From sequence record MW822008.1: a DNA stretch of 64,000 nucleotides, one strand, 5' to 3'. The notes below the pieces were generated by a model. That model did no database searches. It was not told the origin of the DNA and saw only the letters and a program-made list of their open reading frames with translations. The stretch comes from Escherichia phage BF17. The first letter of the stretch is position 1; each line of letters begins with the position of its first letter. A program made the position numbers and the translations under genes. Positions 45,931-54,955 of this stretch are shown piece by piece.

Positions 45931-48720
45931 ATGTTAAACAATAATATTGATAATATTGTACAACTTCTTTATGGGCATCACAAATTTATTGAAAGAAATA
46001 CTGGTGATACAATAGACCCAACAGTACAACATTATGTGGTGAATAATCAGGGTGTTTTGGCGAACAACCGTCATTTTATTAACTATTCTGCAATGGAAGG
46101 TCAACCAAACGGTGACGGGACAACAGAAGGTCAAAGTCTATTAATTTTAGGATACATTTATGCGTATCTGGCAACAAATGATCCAATGTTTTTAGATAAG
46201 GCAAAGTGGTACTGGGACGCATATCATCAGTACTTTTATGCTGGACGTGAATTACCAGATCCACCTACACCACTACAATGTAACTGGATAGTTAATGCCA
46301 AAGAACCTATATTGGCTAACTGGCCTTTAGCTGATGATGGCTGGCCCACACATGGTGGTTTCAAGGGAGTAGAATTTACATTTACTAATGGTCAATGTAA
46401 AATACCACATGGTGCACCATATTATGGTCAGTTCTTGGATAAAGTGACATTTGCATTCAAAGGTGCGTTAGCATGGAACCAAATAAATGCTTCAGTAAAA
46501 GCATTATTACCAGATGGTAGTGTTGATTGGGATACACCAGGTGAACAATATGATGTTGACTGGATTATCGATTTCATGGGTAGAAAAATCGACTGGGATG
46601 GTAATATTTTAGAAGAAGGTTTTGACGAATCTGAAAAAGGAACTGTTCAATTAAAGAATACAACAATTAATGGTGTATATAAATTAAATTTTGCAAATCG
46701 TCAACCAGTAGAATATGGTGGTGTGATAATTCAACGAAATGAAATGCAACACAACCGCCCTCTTCATGTTCCAATTGATTTGGAATTTGCTGATAACGCA
46801 TCAGATGCAGAATTATGGTTTAGTGATGCTTCTTATTTGTTATATAAAATAACAAAAGAAAGAAAACATTATTTGGGTTGGAAATGTTCACTACTAACGT
46901 GTTATGCTTATGGTGATATTGACTCCAGAGATAAATTTTTCAGACAAAGTACAATTGTAACCACACCATTCACTGATGGTATTTCCTATGAATATTTTTA
47001 TCCTAGTGATGCTATTGCTAAGTTTGGTAGAAATTCTCTAGGATATATTACTATCAGGCAAGACCAAAGTGCACAAAGTACTATGGAACAACAAGCTATT
47101 TGGTTCAGGGTCAATGCTGATTCTAAATTACTTGTAGACTATGGTGGTGTATGTGATGATGGTAAGCCGTTATCATTTAAACCAGTACTGGAATTGTCAA
47201 AAACAAAAAATGACCATGATGTTGTTCGTTATCGTTGTGGCTTACCGGAAAGTAAAGACCAAAATATCACACATTCATTAACACCTTTAAGTGCATTTGT
47301 TAGAGAAAAGAAAGCAGATGGTTCCCCTTATATAATTGCTGATAGTAGAATTGTTGTTCCTTATGGTGCAGCTACGTCCGAAATGATATATAGTACTGAT
47401 ATATTAGTTACACGCCGCGATACCATTAATCAGTTAGTTTGTGGTGAAGATGATGGTGCTGTTATTGGATTTTGGCTATTAGCAACAAATAAGTCTGAAG
47501 TTAAATCTTTTACCTATCGTTCATATGAAGATGATTACAATATAAGAATTGTAGATGATAATGGTTGGAGATGGTGGTGGATGATTCCTGCAACACACGG
47601 GGAATGGACTACAATCACACTAAGTTCCGATACATTACGTTTATCTGGGTATCAGCCAAATCATCCAAGTTCTGACCCAAGACCAGATGCACCAGTTTAT
47701 AGTGAACTAGAAGATATTACTATTTTACCTGATACAACCCCAGTAGATGGTGTTGCTGCAATAATTGATTGGTATTGTATTAATGACATTCCAGAATTAT
47801 ACACGGATGCTGACGGTGATGACTATACTATGACATTTTCAATAACAATTGCAGGTGAATCACCATATACTGCACAGTTAGGGGATTGTGTAATCAAGGA
47901 TTATTTGTTAAACTCATTGCATTACACACCAGGAACAATACCATTTTCTAACATCACTGACCCGTATGCGAACCAGTATTCAGGATGGCGTGGTTTACCG
48001 TATCCAGGTTATCAATATCCTGTGATATATTGTTTTAAAGACCAGCCAGTAGATAACACACGCTTAGGAAACATGTTAAGCTTTATGAAAGATTCCCAAA
48101 CATGGTTTACTCAACAATTCGGTACTGTTGGTCCGTGTGCACAAGCATATGTTTGGAACCGCTGGGATAACTTAAAATATGGTGAACCAGATACATTTAC
48201 TATGCTACATTGGGGTGATCAAGCATGGAGTGGGTATGAACCACGTGCGTTCTTTGGGGCTGCCAGAGCATGGCAAGAACTCGCAGAGAGAGGAATTGAA
48301 CCACCAGCAGATCTTGTTGAATTTTGTGAGAATTGGATTCACTTTTTAATTCAATTTCAAAAAGATAATGATGGTCGTTCACCAACAATCTTCAATAAAG
48401 ATGGCACAGTTGAAGGTCCAGATTGGGACTTTACAGGTCATATGTGTGGGTTGTGGTTAGCTGGGGCTTGTGCTGCTGGATTGGCTGGATGTAAAATAGA
48501 AGGTCTAACAACACTCGCTGATAACTTAGTTCTCGAACTTCAAAAGAATTATGTTATTGTAAATCCAGGTTCACCAATGAATGGTTCATGGAGTCCAGCA
48601 GTTAGAGAAGGTACTGATAATGGTATGTTTTTTGGTTTCTGGGCAGGTGAGATTATGCGTGGATTGGGATTATACTCAATGTACCGCTTAAACACACCAA
48701 ATCGTTTCCGTGATTTATAA
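45931..48720 (+). CDS. large hypothetical protein (929 aa), possibly virion-associated
   Basis: Long ORF, W/D/G-rich; no motif recognised by eye. Confidence 0.6.
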   Translation: MLNNNIDNIVQLLYGHHKFIERNTGDTIDPTVQHYVVNNQGVLANNRHFINYSAMEGQPNGDGTTEGQSLLILGYIYAYLATNDPMFLDKAKWYWDAYHQYFYAGRELPDPPTPLQCNWIVNAKEPILANWPLADDGWPTHGGFKGVEFTFTNGQCKIPHGAPYYGQFLDKVTFAFKGALAWNQINASVKALLPDGSVDWDTPGEQYDVDWIIDFMGRKIDWDGNILEEGFDESEKGTVQLKNTTINGVYKLNFANRQPVEYGGVIIQRNEMQHNRPLHVPIDLEFADNASDAELWFSDASYLLYKITKERKHYLGWKCSLLTCYAYGDIDSRDKFFRQSTIVTTPFTDGISYEYFYPSDAIAKFGRNSLGYITIRQDQSAQSTMEQQAIWFRVNADSKLLVDYGGVCDDGKPLSFKPVLELSKTKNDHDVVRYRCGLPESKDQNITHSLTPLSAFVREKKADGSPYIIADSRIVVPYGAATSEMIYSTDILVTRRDTINQLVCGEDDGAVIGFWLLATNKSEVKSFTYRSYEDDYNIRIVDDNGWRWWWMIPATHGEWTTITLSSDTLRLSGYQPNHPSSDPRPDAPVYSELEDITILPDTTPVDGVAAIIDWYCINDIPELYTDADGDDYTMTFSITIAGESPYTAQLGDCVIKDYLLNSLHYTPGTIPFSNITDPYANQYSGWRGLPYPGYQYPVIYCFKDQPVDNTRLGNMLSFMKDSQTWFTQQFGTVGPCAQAYVWNRWDNLKYGEPDTFTMLHWGDQAWSGYEPRAFFGAARAWQELAERGIEPPADLVEFCENWIHFLIQFQKDNDGRSPTIFNKDGTVEGPDWDFTGHMCGLWLAGACAAGLAGCKIEGLTTLADNLVLELQKNYVIVNPGSPMNGSWSPAVREGTDNGMFFGFWAGEIMRGLGLYSMYRLNTPNRFRDL

Positions 48721-48721
48721 C

Positions 48722-48750
48722 TTGACATAGAAAAAGTAATTATGTATAAT
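48722..48750 (+). promoter_or_regulatory. sigma70-type promoter
   Basis: TTGACA - 17 nt - TGTATAAT. Confidence 0.6.
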
Positions 48751-48751
48751 C

Positions 48752-48782
48752 AGAGAACTTCATATGGAGTTCTCTTTTTTTT
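48752..48782 (+). terminator. rho-independent terminator
   Basis: AGAGAACT/AGTTCTCT 8-bp stem then T8. Confidence 0.65.
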
Positions 48783-48795
48783 ATAAGGTGATAAA

Positions 48796-49215
48796 ATGTT
48801 AAATGAACGTATTAAAAATGCACTACATGTATTGAACCAAGAAGTCAATTCTATTCATAAAAGTACTGACCGTTATAAAGTAATGCATGAAATCAAACAA
48901 GAATTGGAATCTATTAATAAGGGAGAGTGGTGGTATCTTCAGCCCGAATATCAAACTCGTGAATTAAACGATGTTGAAAAAGAAATTGTCAAATTCATCA
49001 CTACTCGTTATTGTGATACATCAGAGAATGATGTATCAGCGAACTTCAATCTTACTAAATTGGAAGTCGAAGAAAAATTCCATTTTGATTGGCTTGATTG
49101 GATTGAAATGGTAATGGAACTAGAAGAAAAATTCAATGTTGAAGTTGATGAAAAGTTCGAGAATAATGAAACTAAGCTGTATGAACTAGTAGAACATATT
49201 CAAAAAATGTTGTAA
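48796..49215 (+). CDS. hypothetical protein
   Basis: 139-aa ORF. Confidence 0.5.
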   Translation: MLNERIKNALHVLNQEVNSIHKSTDRYKVMHEIKQELESINKGEWWYLQPEYQTRELNDVEKEIVKFITTRYCDTSENDVSANFNLTKLEVEEKFHFDWLDWIEMVMELEEKFNVEVDEKFENNETKLYELVEHIQKML

Positions 49216-49268
49216 AACTATACAATTGTATACTCTAAATAATATCATCAACTATAGGAGATATTATT

Positions 49269-49643
49269 ATGAGTATGTTAGAAATAATTGTTTCAAAAAT
49301 TCTTATTCCATTTTGGAAACCAATTTCTTTTGTATTATTAATTGGCGGTTCAGCTTATGCTGGTTGGGAAGCTAATACTTATTACAGTGGATATCAACAA
49401 AGCATAGAGCAACAAATAGCTAAAAAAGTTGATACCGCCTTGGATAAAATGCAACAAGAAAATGCAAAAAATTACCTTGAAACTAAAAAAATCATGGAAG
49501 ATAATGCTAAAGTTATTGAAACAAAGGTTCCTTTTATTGTAGAACGTGAAGTTTATAAGAATGTATGTTTAGATGAAGATGGTGTAAAAGTACTGAATGA
49601 ACTAAAACAAAATTCTCAAGCAGCGAGGAATAAATTCAAATGA
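49269..49643 (+). CDS. putative i-spanin (Rz-like)
   Basis: N-terminal TM helix then charged coiled-coil-like region; overlaps next lipoprotein gene (ATGA). Confidence 0.55.
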   Translation: MSMLEIIVSKILIPFWKPISFVLLIGGSAYAGWEANTYYSGYQQSIEQQIAKKVDTALDKMQQENAKNYLETKKIMEDNAKVIETKVPFIVEREVYKNVCLDEDGVKVLNELKQNSQAARNKFK

Positions 49644-49948
49644 AAAAATTATTAGTTCCAATGATTTCTTTTTTAATTATAAGTGGGTGTGCCGAGCAAG
49701 TAAAACTACAATCCCCCGCACCAATTAAACAAGAAATTCTGTTAGAAAGATGTGATGATGATACACCTCTACCACAAAAAATTATGATTGACAAAAATGG
49801 TTTTAAAGGTTATGATGGTGCAGAAATTCTTAAAGTACTTACTCGTTGGGATGCAGTCTACAATGAATGTGCTTTAAAACACGACGCATTGATTAAAACT
49901 ATTCGTGATTTACAAGGTAAAGATATTAAAATCAATATCAAGGAATAA
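49640..49948 (+). CDS. putative o-spanin (Rz1-like lipoprotein)
   Basis: Signal peptide with lipobox IISGC; overlaps upstream gene. Confidence 0.55.
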   Translation: MKKLLVPMISFLIISGCAEQVKLQSPAPIKQEILLERCDDDTPLPQKIMIDKNGFKGYDGAEILKVLTRWDAVYNECALKHDALIKTIRDLQGKDIKINIKE

Positions 49949-49949
49949 A

Positions 49950-50561
49950 ATGAACAAATATCATGTTTACTATACGACAAAATTATCACTTCTTGAAGAA
50001 TTAAATCAACGAAGTACTAAGATGAAACGCTACACTTTAAATGGTATTACTTTTCGATATTTCCCACAAAAAGTTCTTACTTTTGTTAAGAATCCAAAAT
50101 GCGTGGCATGTGGGATTGAAGCTACTGAAGTACGCATTGAACGTTCATTATGTTCTGATCCAGTATATGGTAAACCACATTTAAATGTATATGCTGTATG
50201 TGGTCTTTATGAAGTTTTAATGACAGTTGACCATAATCATCTGGCATCTAAGGGTGGACCTGATTTAGAGTCAAACTTTAATACTATGTGCTCCAGATGT
50301 AATCAACTACGTTCGAATAAAACTGAAACAGTTGATGAGTTTCTTGAGAAAGTTAAAGGTCGTAATCTTCTCCAAGAACATATGAATAATTTCTTTAATG
50401 TACAAAAAAAGAAAAATAACATTGACAAGTCGAAACTACTAGAAGAACGTAGGTTACGTCAAGAATTATGGGAAACCGATCATCTATGGCATGTTCGAGA
50501 GTTTGGTCGTCATATGAAAGCTTTGAAAAAAGAACAGAAGAAATTGAATAAACATGATTGA
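49950..50561 (+). CDS. HNH endonuclease
   Basis: ORF 49905..50561 trimmed to ATG after upstream stop; DHNH ... N ... CSRCN motif with flanking cysteines. Confidence 0.6.
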   Translation: MNKYHVYYTTKLSLLEELNQRSTKMKRYTLNGITFRYFPQKVLTFVKNPKCVACGIEATEVRIERSLCSDPVYGKPHLNVYAVCGLYEVLMTVDHNHLASKGGPDLESNFNTMCSRCNQLRSNKTETVDEFLEKVKGRNLLQEHMNNFFNVQKKKNNIDKSKLLEERRLRQELWETDHLWHVREFGRHMKALKKEQKKLNKHD

Positions 50562-50574
50562 TATGATATTATAG

Positions 50575-50602
50575 GGACTTGAGTATTCAAGTCCTTTTTT
50601 TT
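50575..50602 (+). terminator. rho-independent terminator
   Basis: GGACTTG/CAAGTCC stem then T8. Confidence 0.65.
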
Positions 50603-50613
50603 GGAGAAAATAA

Positions 50614-50970
50614 ATGAAATCTAAAATCTTTTTACCACAATTAATGTGGCATCTAGCAGAGTTAGATGAAAATGATGAATATACTGACTATGGTGCATGG
50701 GATGACAGTACTGAAACTTTTAAACCAGATGTAAAATATAAAATCATCTGCAATGAAAGCAAAGGGCACAGAAGGTGGACTGAAGAATTTGATCTCGTAT
50801 TTCTTGACATGAGCACAAATAAGTTTTATCATTGTACTTATGAACGAGGTTTAACAGAAGATAGACCAGTACAACCATTCAGTACTGAAACTGATGGTGT
50901 TAAGTGCAATGAAGTTTCTGTTACCAGAGAAGAAATTATCACTTATCGAACTTTGTGGAAATATTTGTAA
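50614..50970 (+). CDS. hypothetical protein
   Basis: 118-aa ORF after GGAG. Confidence 0.5.
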   Translation: MKSKIFLPQLMWHLAELDENDEYTDYGAWDDSTETFKPDVKYKIICNESKGHRRWTEEFDLVFLDMSTNKFYHCTYERGLTEDRPVQPFSTETDGVKCNEVSVTREEIITYRTLWKYL

Positions 50971-50971
50971 A

Positions 50972-51370
50972 ATGCTTAAAGAATTAGATTTTTCAAACTT
51001 AGAAATTATCAGTGCTGTAAAAAACATTTCCGATATGGGAGATGAGAAAGCAGTTCTTGTTACTATTACTTTTGTAAAAGAAAAAGATAGCTATAGCCAT
51101 TTAACTGGCATTGAAGAACTAATTCATAAAACCAATCTTGAGAATGATGGTAAACTCATCAAGCTTCAGGCTTCCTATACGCAAAAAACGTCAAATTTTA
51201 TAGACCTAAATAATGTAGTCAAGGTGGTATACAATCATCCTGAACACACATATAGGAACACGACAAGAAATGAAAATGTTGCTAACGATTCGAATATTAT
51301 CGAAGATGTTGAATTCATAAACACAATTTTTGATCGTTGTTCTAAGGATTTAAAAAAAGTATACATGTAA
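50972..51370 (+). CDS. hypothetical protein
   Basis: ORF 50894..51370 trimmed to ATG after upstream stop. Confidence 0.5.
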   Translation: MLKELDFSNLEIISAVKNISDMGDEKAVLVTITFVKEKDSYSHLTGIEELIHKTNLENDGKLIKLQASYTQKTSNFIDLNNVVKVVYNHPEHTYRNTTRNENVANDSNIIEDVEFINTIFDRCSKDLKKVYM

Positions 51371-51399
51371 TGGGACATTATATGTTCCAATGATATAAT
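51371..51399 (+). promoter_or_regulatory. early promoter with TGGGACA upstream element
   Basis: GGGACA - 16 nt - TGaTATAAT; near-identical to promoter at 26149. Confidence 0.55.
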
Positions 51400-51676
51400 G
51401 TATATAGAAAATGACAACGGACATTGAAAAATGGACACTGAGAACCTACTTCTCTTGAAAATGTAAAGGATAGATGAGCTTTACCGTTGTAGCGAACAGC
51501 AGAAGAAACCTGTTAGAGTACTGGCATTCAAACAAACACGATGTAAGACCACGAATCACGGCGACACGGCTGTATAAAGAACTCCGATAAGCATACAGAG
51601 AGTTCCTAGATAGATGTATAAGGTTCGCACCTTACCAGATTTGCTAAGGGAGTTCAAGAATAGCGGACGCAATTTT

Positions 51677-51706
51677 TACAAGAAAGTTGCGTCCAAAATT
51701 TGAGAA
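51677..51706 (+). repeat. dispersed direct repeat copy 1
   Basis: TACAAGAAAGTTGCGTCCAAAATTTGAGAA, 27/30 identical to copy at 51829. Confidence 0.7.
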
Positions 51707-51828
51707 CAAGTACTACTTTGATCGAATAGAGTTAGTACTGAGTGCTGTTGATGAAAAGACCAGCGACCGTTGCATATGACTGCGATAGAGAGAAACCGAG
51801 CAACCCGCTTTCGCTCTCTAAATTTTGG

Positions 51829-51858
51829 TACAAGAAAGATCCGTCCAAAATTTGAGAA
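51829..51858 (+). repeat. dispersed direct repeat copy 2
   Basis: TACAAGAAAGATCCGTCCAAAATTTGAGAA. Confidence 0.7.
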
Positions 51859-51896
51859 ATTCGCAATTCGATAATATCCGATGCCATCATCGTCAA

Positions 51897-51921
51897 GAGA
51901 GACTTAATTGTCTCTTTTTTA
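51897..51921 (+). terminator. rho-independent terminator
   Basis: GAGAGAC-TTAATT-GTCTCT then TTTTTT. Confidence 0.55.
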
Positions 51922-52060
51922 TTACCTTCATTCCCCTGCGGGGGGATGTAATAGTCCTCAACAAATCCCGTCAAGTTTTTAAAGTACATTATCATTTTCA
52001 GAAGGAACTAGTTTACGAAGTAAACGCAGTGACTTCTTGAGTTACGAGAGAACGAAGTGA

Positions 52061-52489
52061 ATGAGTAACACAACGAAAATATCCGATAAATCCGAATTAA
52101 CACAAATGTTATTCAAAGAATATTTTGAGTTTCAGATAAAAGACGAACATCAATTACCACAGCAATATTTGAAAAGAATTAAAGATCCGTCAGTAATTAC
52201 TAAAGAAACTAATTTTTATAATAGTATTTTGGATTTCGTTAAATCAGTTCATACAACAAGACCTATTGTAGTTTTGTTTTTTGATAAATCTATTCCTTTA
52301 GTAGTTCCTGAAAATGTATTTTTTATTTCAGAAACTGATTTAAATAATCAAAGTACTGTAAGTAGATTAAGAAATTGCTTACTTGTAGTATGTGATTCTT
52401 CTTTGTATAATAACAGAATACTATGGGATAGAAGTAAACGCAATGCAGTTTCGGAAATGAATCCTGAAATTACCTTTATTATTAACTAA
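52061..52489 (+). CDS. hypothetical protein
   Basis: 142-aa ORF. Confidence 0.5.
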   Translation: MSNTTKISDKSELTQMLFKEYFEFQIKDEHQLPQQYLKRIKDPSVITKETNFYNSILDFVKSVHTTRPIVVLFFDKSIPLVVPENVFFISETDLNNQSTVSRLRNCLLVVCDSSLYNNRILWDRSKRNAVSEMNPEITFIIN

Positions 52490-52521
52490 ATAATAAGAGA
52501 ATAACTCTAAGGAGAGATATT

Positions 52522-52962
52522 ATGGAAGATATTAATGATTTACGACACGTAATGGACTTTATCGGAAGTACTGAAGAAGATAATTCATATGATGAAGTAC
52601 TATTAACTTTTATTGAAAATAGTTTGTTTTTAAGTTCTGCTGCACATAACTGGCACTTACAATGTCATTTTTATACAAAGCATTTACAATTAGATGAACT
52701 ATATAAAGAATTACCAGAATATGTAGACGCATTTGTTGAAGGTATCATGAATAATCGTGGTGCTTTGCAAGTTGGGACTGGTAATAGTTATCGTTTTACA
52801 CCAATTGAAGATTGTGTACCAATTCTTGAAGAATATGTTGAGCAATGCAGAGCAATTCATGATATGCTTGAAGAATCGGGTGATTACGGCAGTGTAAACA
52901 CATTAGAAGATATTATGAGTTTTGTTGAAGGAACACTTTACAAACTTAAAGTTTTACAATAA
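52522..52962 (+). CDS. Dps/ferritin-like four-helix-bundle protein
   Basis: AAHNWHLQCHFYTKHLQLDELYKELPEYVDAFVEG shows H-x11-H-x14-D-x3-E spacing as in Dps ferroxidase-site residues. Confidence 0.45.
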   Translation: MEDINDLRHVMDFIGSTEEDNSYDEVLLTFIENSLFLSSAAHNWHLQCHFYTKHLQLDELYKELPEYVDAFVEGIMNNRGALQVGTGNSYRFTPIEDCVPILEEYVEQCRAIHDMLEESGDYGSVNTLEDIMSFVEGTLYKLKVLQ

Positions 52963-52972
52963 ACTATATGGT

Positions 52973-52999
52973 GAGTCGCTATGACTCTCCTTTTCTTTT
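52973..52999 (+). terminator. possible terminator
   Basis: GAGTC-GCTAT-GACTC then TCCTTTTCTTTT; short stem. Confidence 0.35.
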
Positions 53000-53010
53000 G
53001 GAGAAATAAT

Positions 53011-53628
53011 ATGAAATCGCATGAGTTAGCAAAATTACTACTATCTCAACCAAATCTAGAAATTTATCATTATGATGCAGAGAGTGACTTGCATTATCAG
53101 AATTTTGATAATAGATTAATGGTTACACCATCTGGTATTTTCACAACGGTAAAACCTACATCAGTTTCTGAAAATGTACTTACACCATACGAAACCCCCC
53201 TCTTGGGTCATGTGCAAATTTTCTTTAAGGATGGTACTATTACTCCAAAATTGGAGGGTTCACATATTCAAACTGTTCTTAGCTTAGAATATGGGTTGGT
53301 ATTTAACATTCCTTATGAAAAGCCAATTGTTTTATTAGGTAAAAATAAATCAACACAATTCTCTAATCAACATGCTGTTTGTTATACATCTGATGATATT
53401 GATTTCATTTCAGTACTGACAGAATATGATCCTAATACTTGGCATGAAACATGGGAAAATATGTCATATGATGAAGCAATTGAATGTGGTAAAAATTTAG
53501 CCAAAATGTTATTTCCACCGAAAAAAGAACTTTCACAAGAACAAAATGAATCATTTTCTAAAGATTTTCCTGATTCTGAATTCAATGTTAAAGTATCACC
53601 TTCTATGATTGATAAAATTGAAAAATAA
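53011..53628 (+). CDS. hypothetical protein (paralog of 54364 gene)
   Basis: ORF 52981..53628 trimmed to ATG after GGAG; shares LAxLLL..P..E.YH ... TPSG.F motifs with 54364 gene. Confidence 0.5.
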   Translation: MKSHELAKLLLSQPNLEIYHYDAESDLHYQNFDNRLMVTPSGIFTTVKPTSVSENVLTPYETPLLGHVQIFFKDGTITPKLEGSHIQTVLSLEYGLVFNIPYEKPIVLLGKNKSTQFSNQHAVCYTSDDIDFISVLTEYDPNTWHETWENMSYDEAIECGKNLAKMLFPPKKELSQEQNESFSKDFPDSEFNVKVSPSMIDKIEK

Positions 53629-53640
53629 AAGAGGTTGAAC

Positions 53641-53994
53641 ATGAGTGATTACCGCGTAACATCTGGACTAATGGCACGTCTTATTGAAGCAGTTCCTGAA
53701 GATGATTATGAAGCTATTTCAGATCGTCTTTTTGACGCAGATTCTAAACTCCATATTACATATGATGGTGCATTGATTTACAGTACTGATATTGATATGT
53801 CTAGTTATGAATTTGAGATTTCTTTTGGTAACAAACTAACTACTGAAGAATTCGCTCGAAAATGTGAGCGTGAAGGATTCTGTATTGATATTAGTTCAGT
53901 TCAGCCATATACATCACTGTGGTATGATGGTGCTGATAGTCCAATGTCTACTACATCTTTACAGGATTTTCTAAATGCAAATCAAAAAGATTAA
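53641..53994 (+). CDS. hypothetical protein
   Basis: ORF 53635..53994 trimmed to ATG. Confidence 0.5.
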   Translation: MSDYRVTSGLMARLIEAVPEDDYEAISDRLFDADSKLHITYDGALIYSTDIDMSSYEFEISFGNKLTTEEFARKCEREGFCIDISSVQPYTSLWYDGADSPMSTTSLQDFLNANQKD

Positions 53995-54367
53995 ATTCCA
54001 CCAGCATTGTTCTATACATGAATGTGATGATTGTGGTATACAAATGAGTGACATTTATACAGTTTCCTGTAAAGGTTTCAAATTCACTCACGGTGAACCT
54101 GCTTATTGTTATGGTACAGAAGAAGGTGATATCGAAGTAGTACTGAAAGAATTGTTCCAGTACTTGCAAAGTGTAGGTCATGATGTTACAATACCCACAT
54201 ATTATGAAGATGATTATGATGCACATGTAGAAGAAAATACATATTATAATCAATTCGTTTATGGTAATGGTTTTATCACATACCTACATGAGAATGGTAT
54301 TGAGGTAAAAACTAAGTACACCAGTGATGATTATGATGATGATAATTCTATGGAGATTGTAGATTGA
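53975..54367 (+). CDS. hypothetical protein
   Basis: 130-aa acidic ORF. Confidence 0.45.
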   Translation: MQIKKIKFHQHCSIHECDDCGIQMSDIYTVSCKGFKFTHGEPAYCYGTEEGDIEVVLKELFQYLQSVGHDVTIPTYYEDDYDAHVEENTYYNQFVYGNGFITYLHENGIEVKTKYTSDDYDDDNSMEIVD

Positions 54368-54951
54368 AAGCAAAAGACTTAGCAGCACTGTTGTTGCAGA
54401 ATCCTGAAATGGAAGTGTATCATGAGCACATGCACATTGATGACATGTGTGACGCTTACTATTCACCAGAAAATGTGTCTGGTATTGAAATTACCCCTAG
54501 TGGAGTATTCATCAGTACTGAACATATTGATTTCGATTCCCAGCAAGAAATCAAAACTCCACATAATAAGCCTCGCATTGGTGCTATTGACCTAGTATTT
54601 CATCAGGACCGTTTGGTGGAATATGATGAAGACGATGGTACTACCCGAACTGATGTTGAGAACATTGTTTTTCCTTTTTATAATGCATACGGAGACTCAA
54701 CAACAGGTGAAGATTTCTTCAGTGAACTATTAAATGATGGGGAAGTTTATGGTCAGAATGGAACAGTTTTTGTACTAGATCCTAATTATGAGCCAGACCA
54801 TAATACATGGCAATTCTACACACCTGAAGATGTAATGGAAGTTAAAGTACTTACAGATCTTGACGATAATTGGAACCCAGTATATACTTCAATGACATTT
54901 GAAGAAGCAAAAAACCATTTCGTTTCTAAACTAAACATTACAAAAGAATAA
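54364..54951 (+). CDS. hypothetical protein (paralog of 53011 gene)
   Basis: 195-aa ORF. Confidence 0.5.
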   Translation: MKAKDLAALLLQNPEMEVYHEHMHIDDMCDAYYSPENVSGIEITPSGVFISTEHIDFDSQQEIKTPHNKPRIGAIDLVFHQDRLVEYDEDDGTTRTDVENIVFPFYNAYGDSTTGEDFFSELLNDGEVYGQNGTVFVLDPNYEPDHNTWQFYTPEDVMEVKVLTDLDDNWNPVYTSMTFEEAKNHFVSKLNITKE

Positions 54952-54955
54952 GGAT

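Larger units (their letters stand above)
51406..51921 (+). ncRNA. candidate non-coding RNA / microprotein transcript
   Basis: About 515 nt between promoter and terminator with no ORF of 60 aa on + strand, elevated GC, internal hairpins and a 30-bp dispersed direct repeat. Confidence 0.3.

Noticed and set aside
49218-49231. Perfect 14-bp palindrome TATACAATTGTATA upstream of the spanin genes as an operator
   Set aside because: Short AT-rich palindromes occur by chance in an AT-rich genome; no second copy found to support a binding-site role.
51400-52060. tRNA gene cluster or group I intron in the GC-rich non-coding region
   Set aside because: No GTTCRANYC T-loop with matching stems, no cloverleaf-sized units, and the flanking ORFs are not halves of one interrupted gene (the upstream gene ends at a stop codon followed by a promoter).
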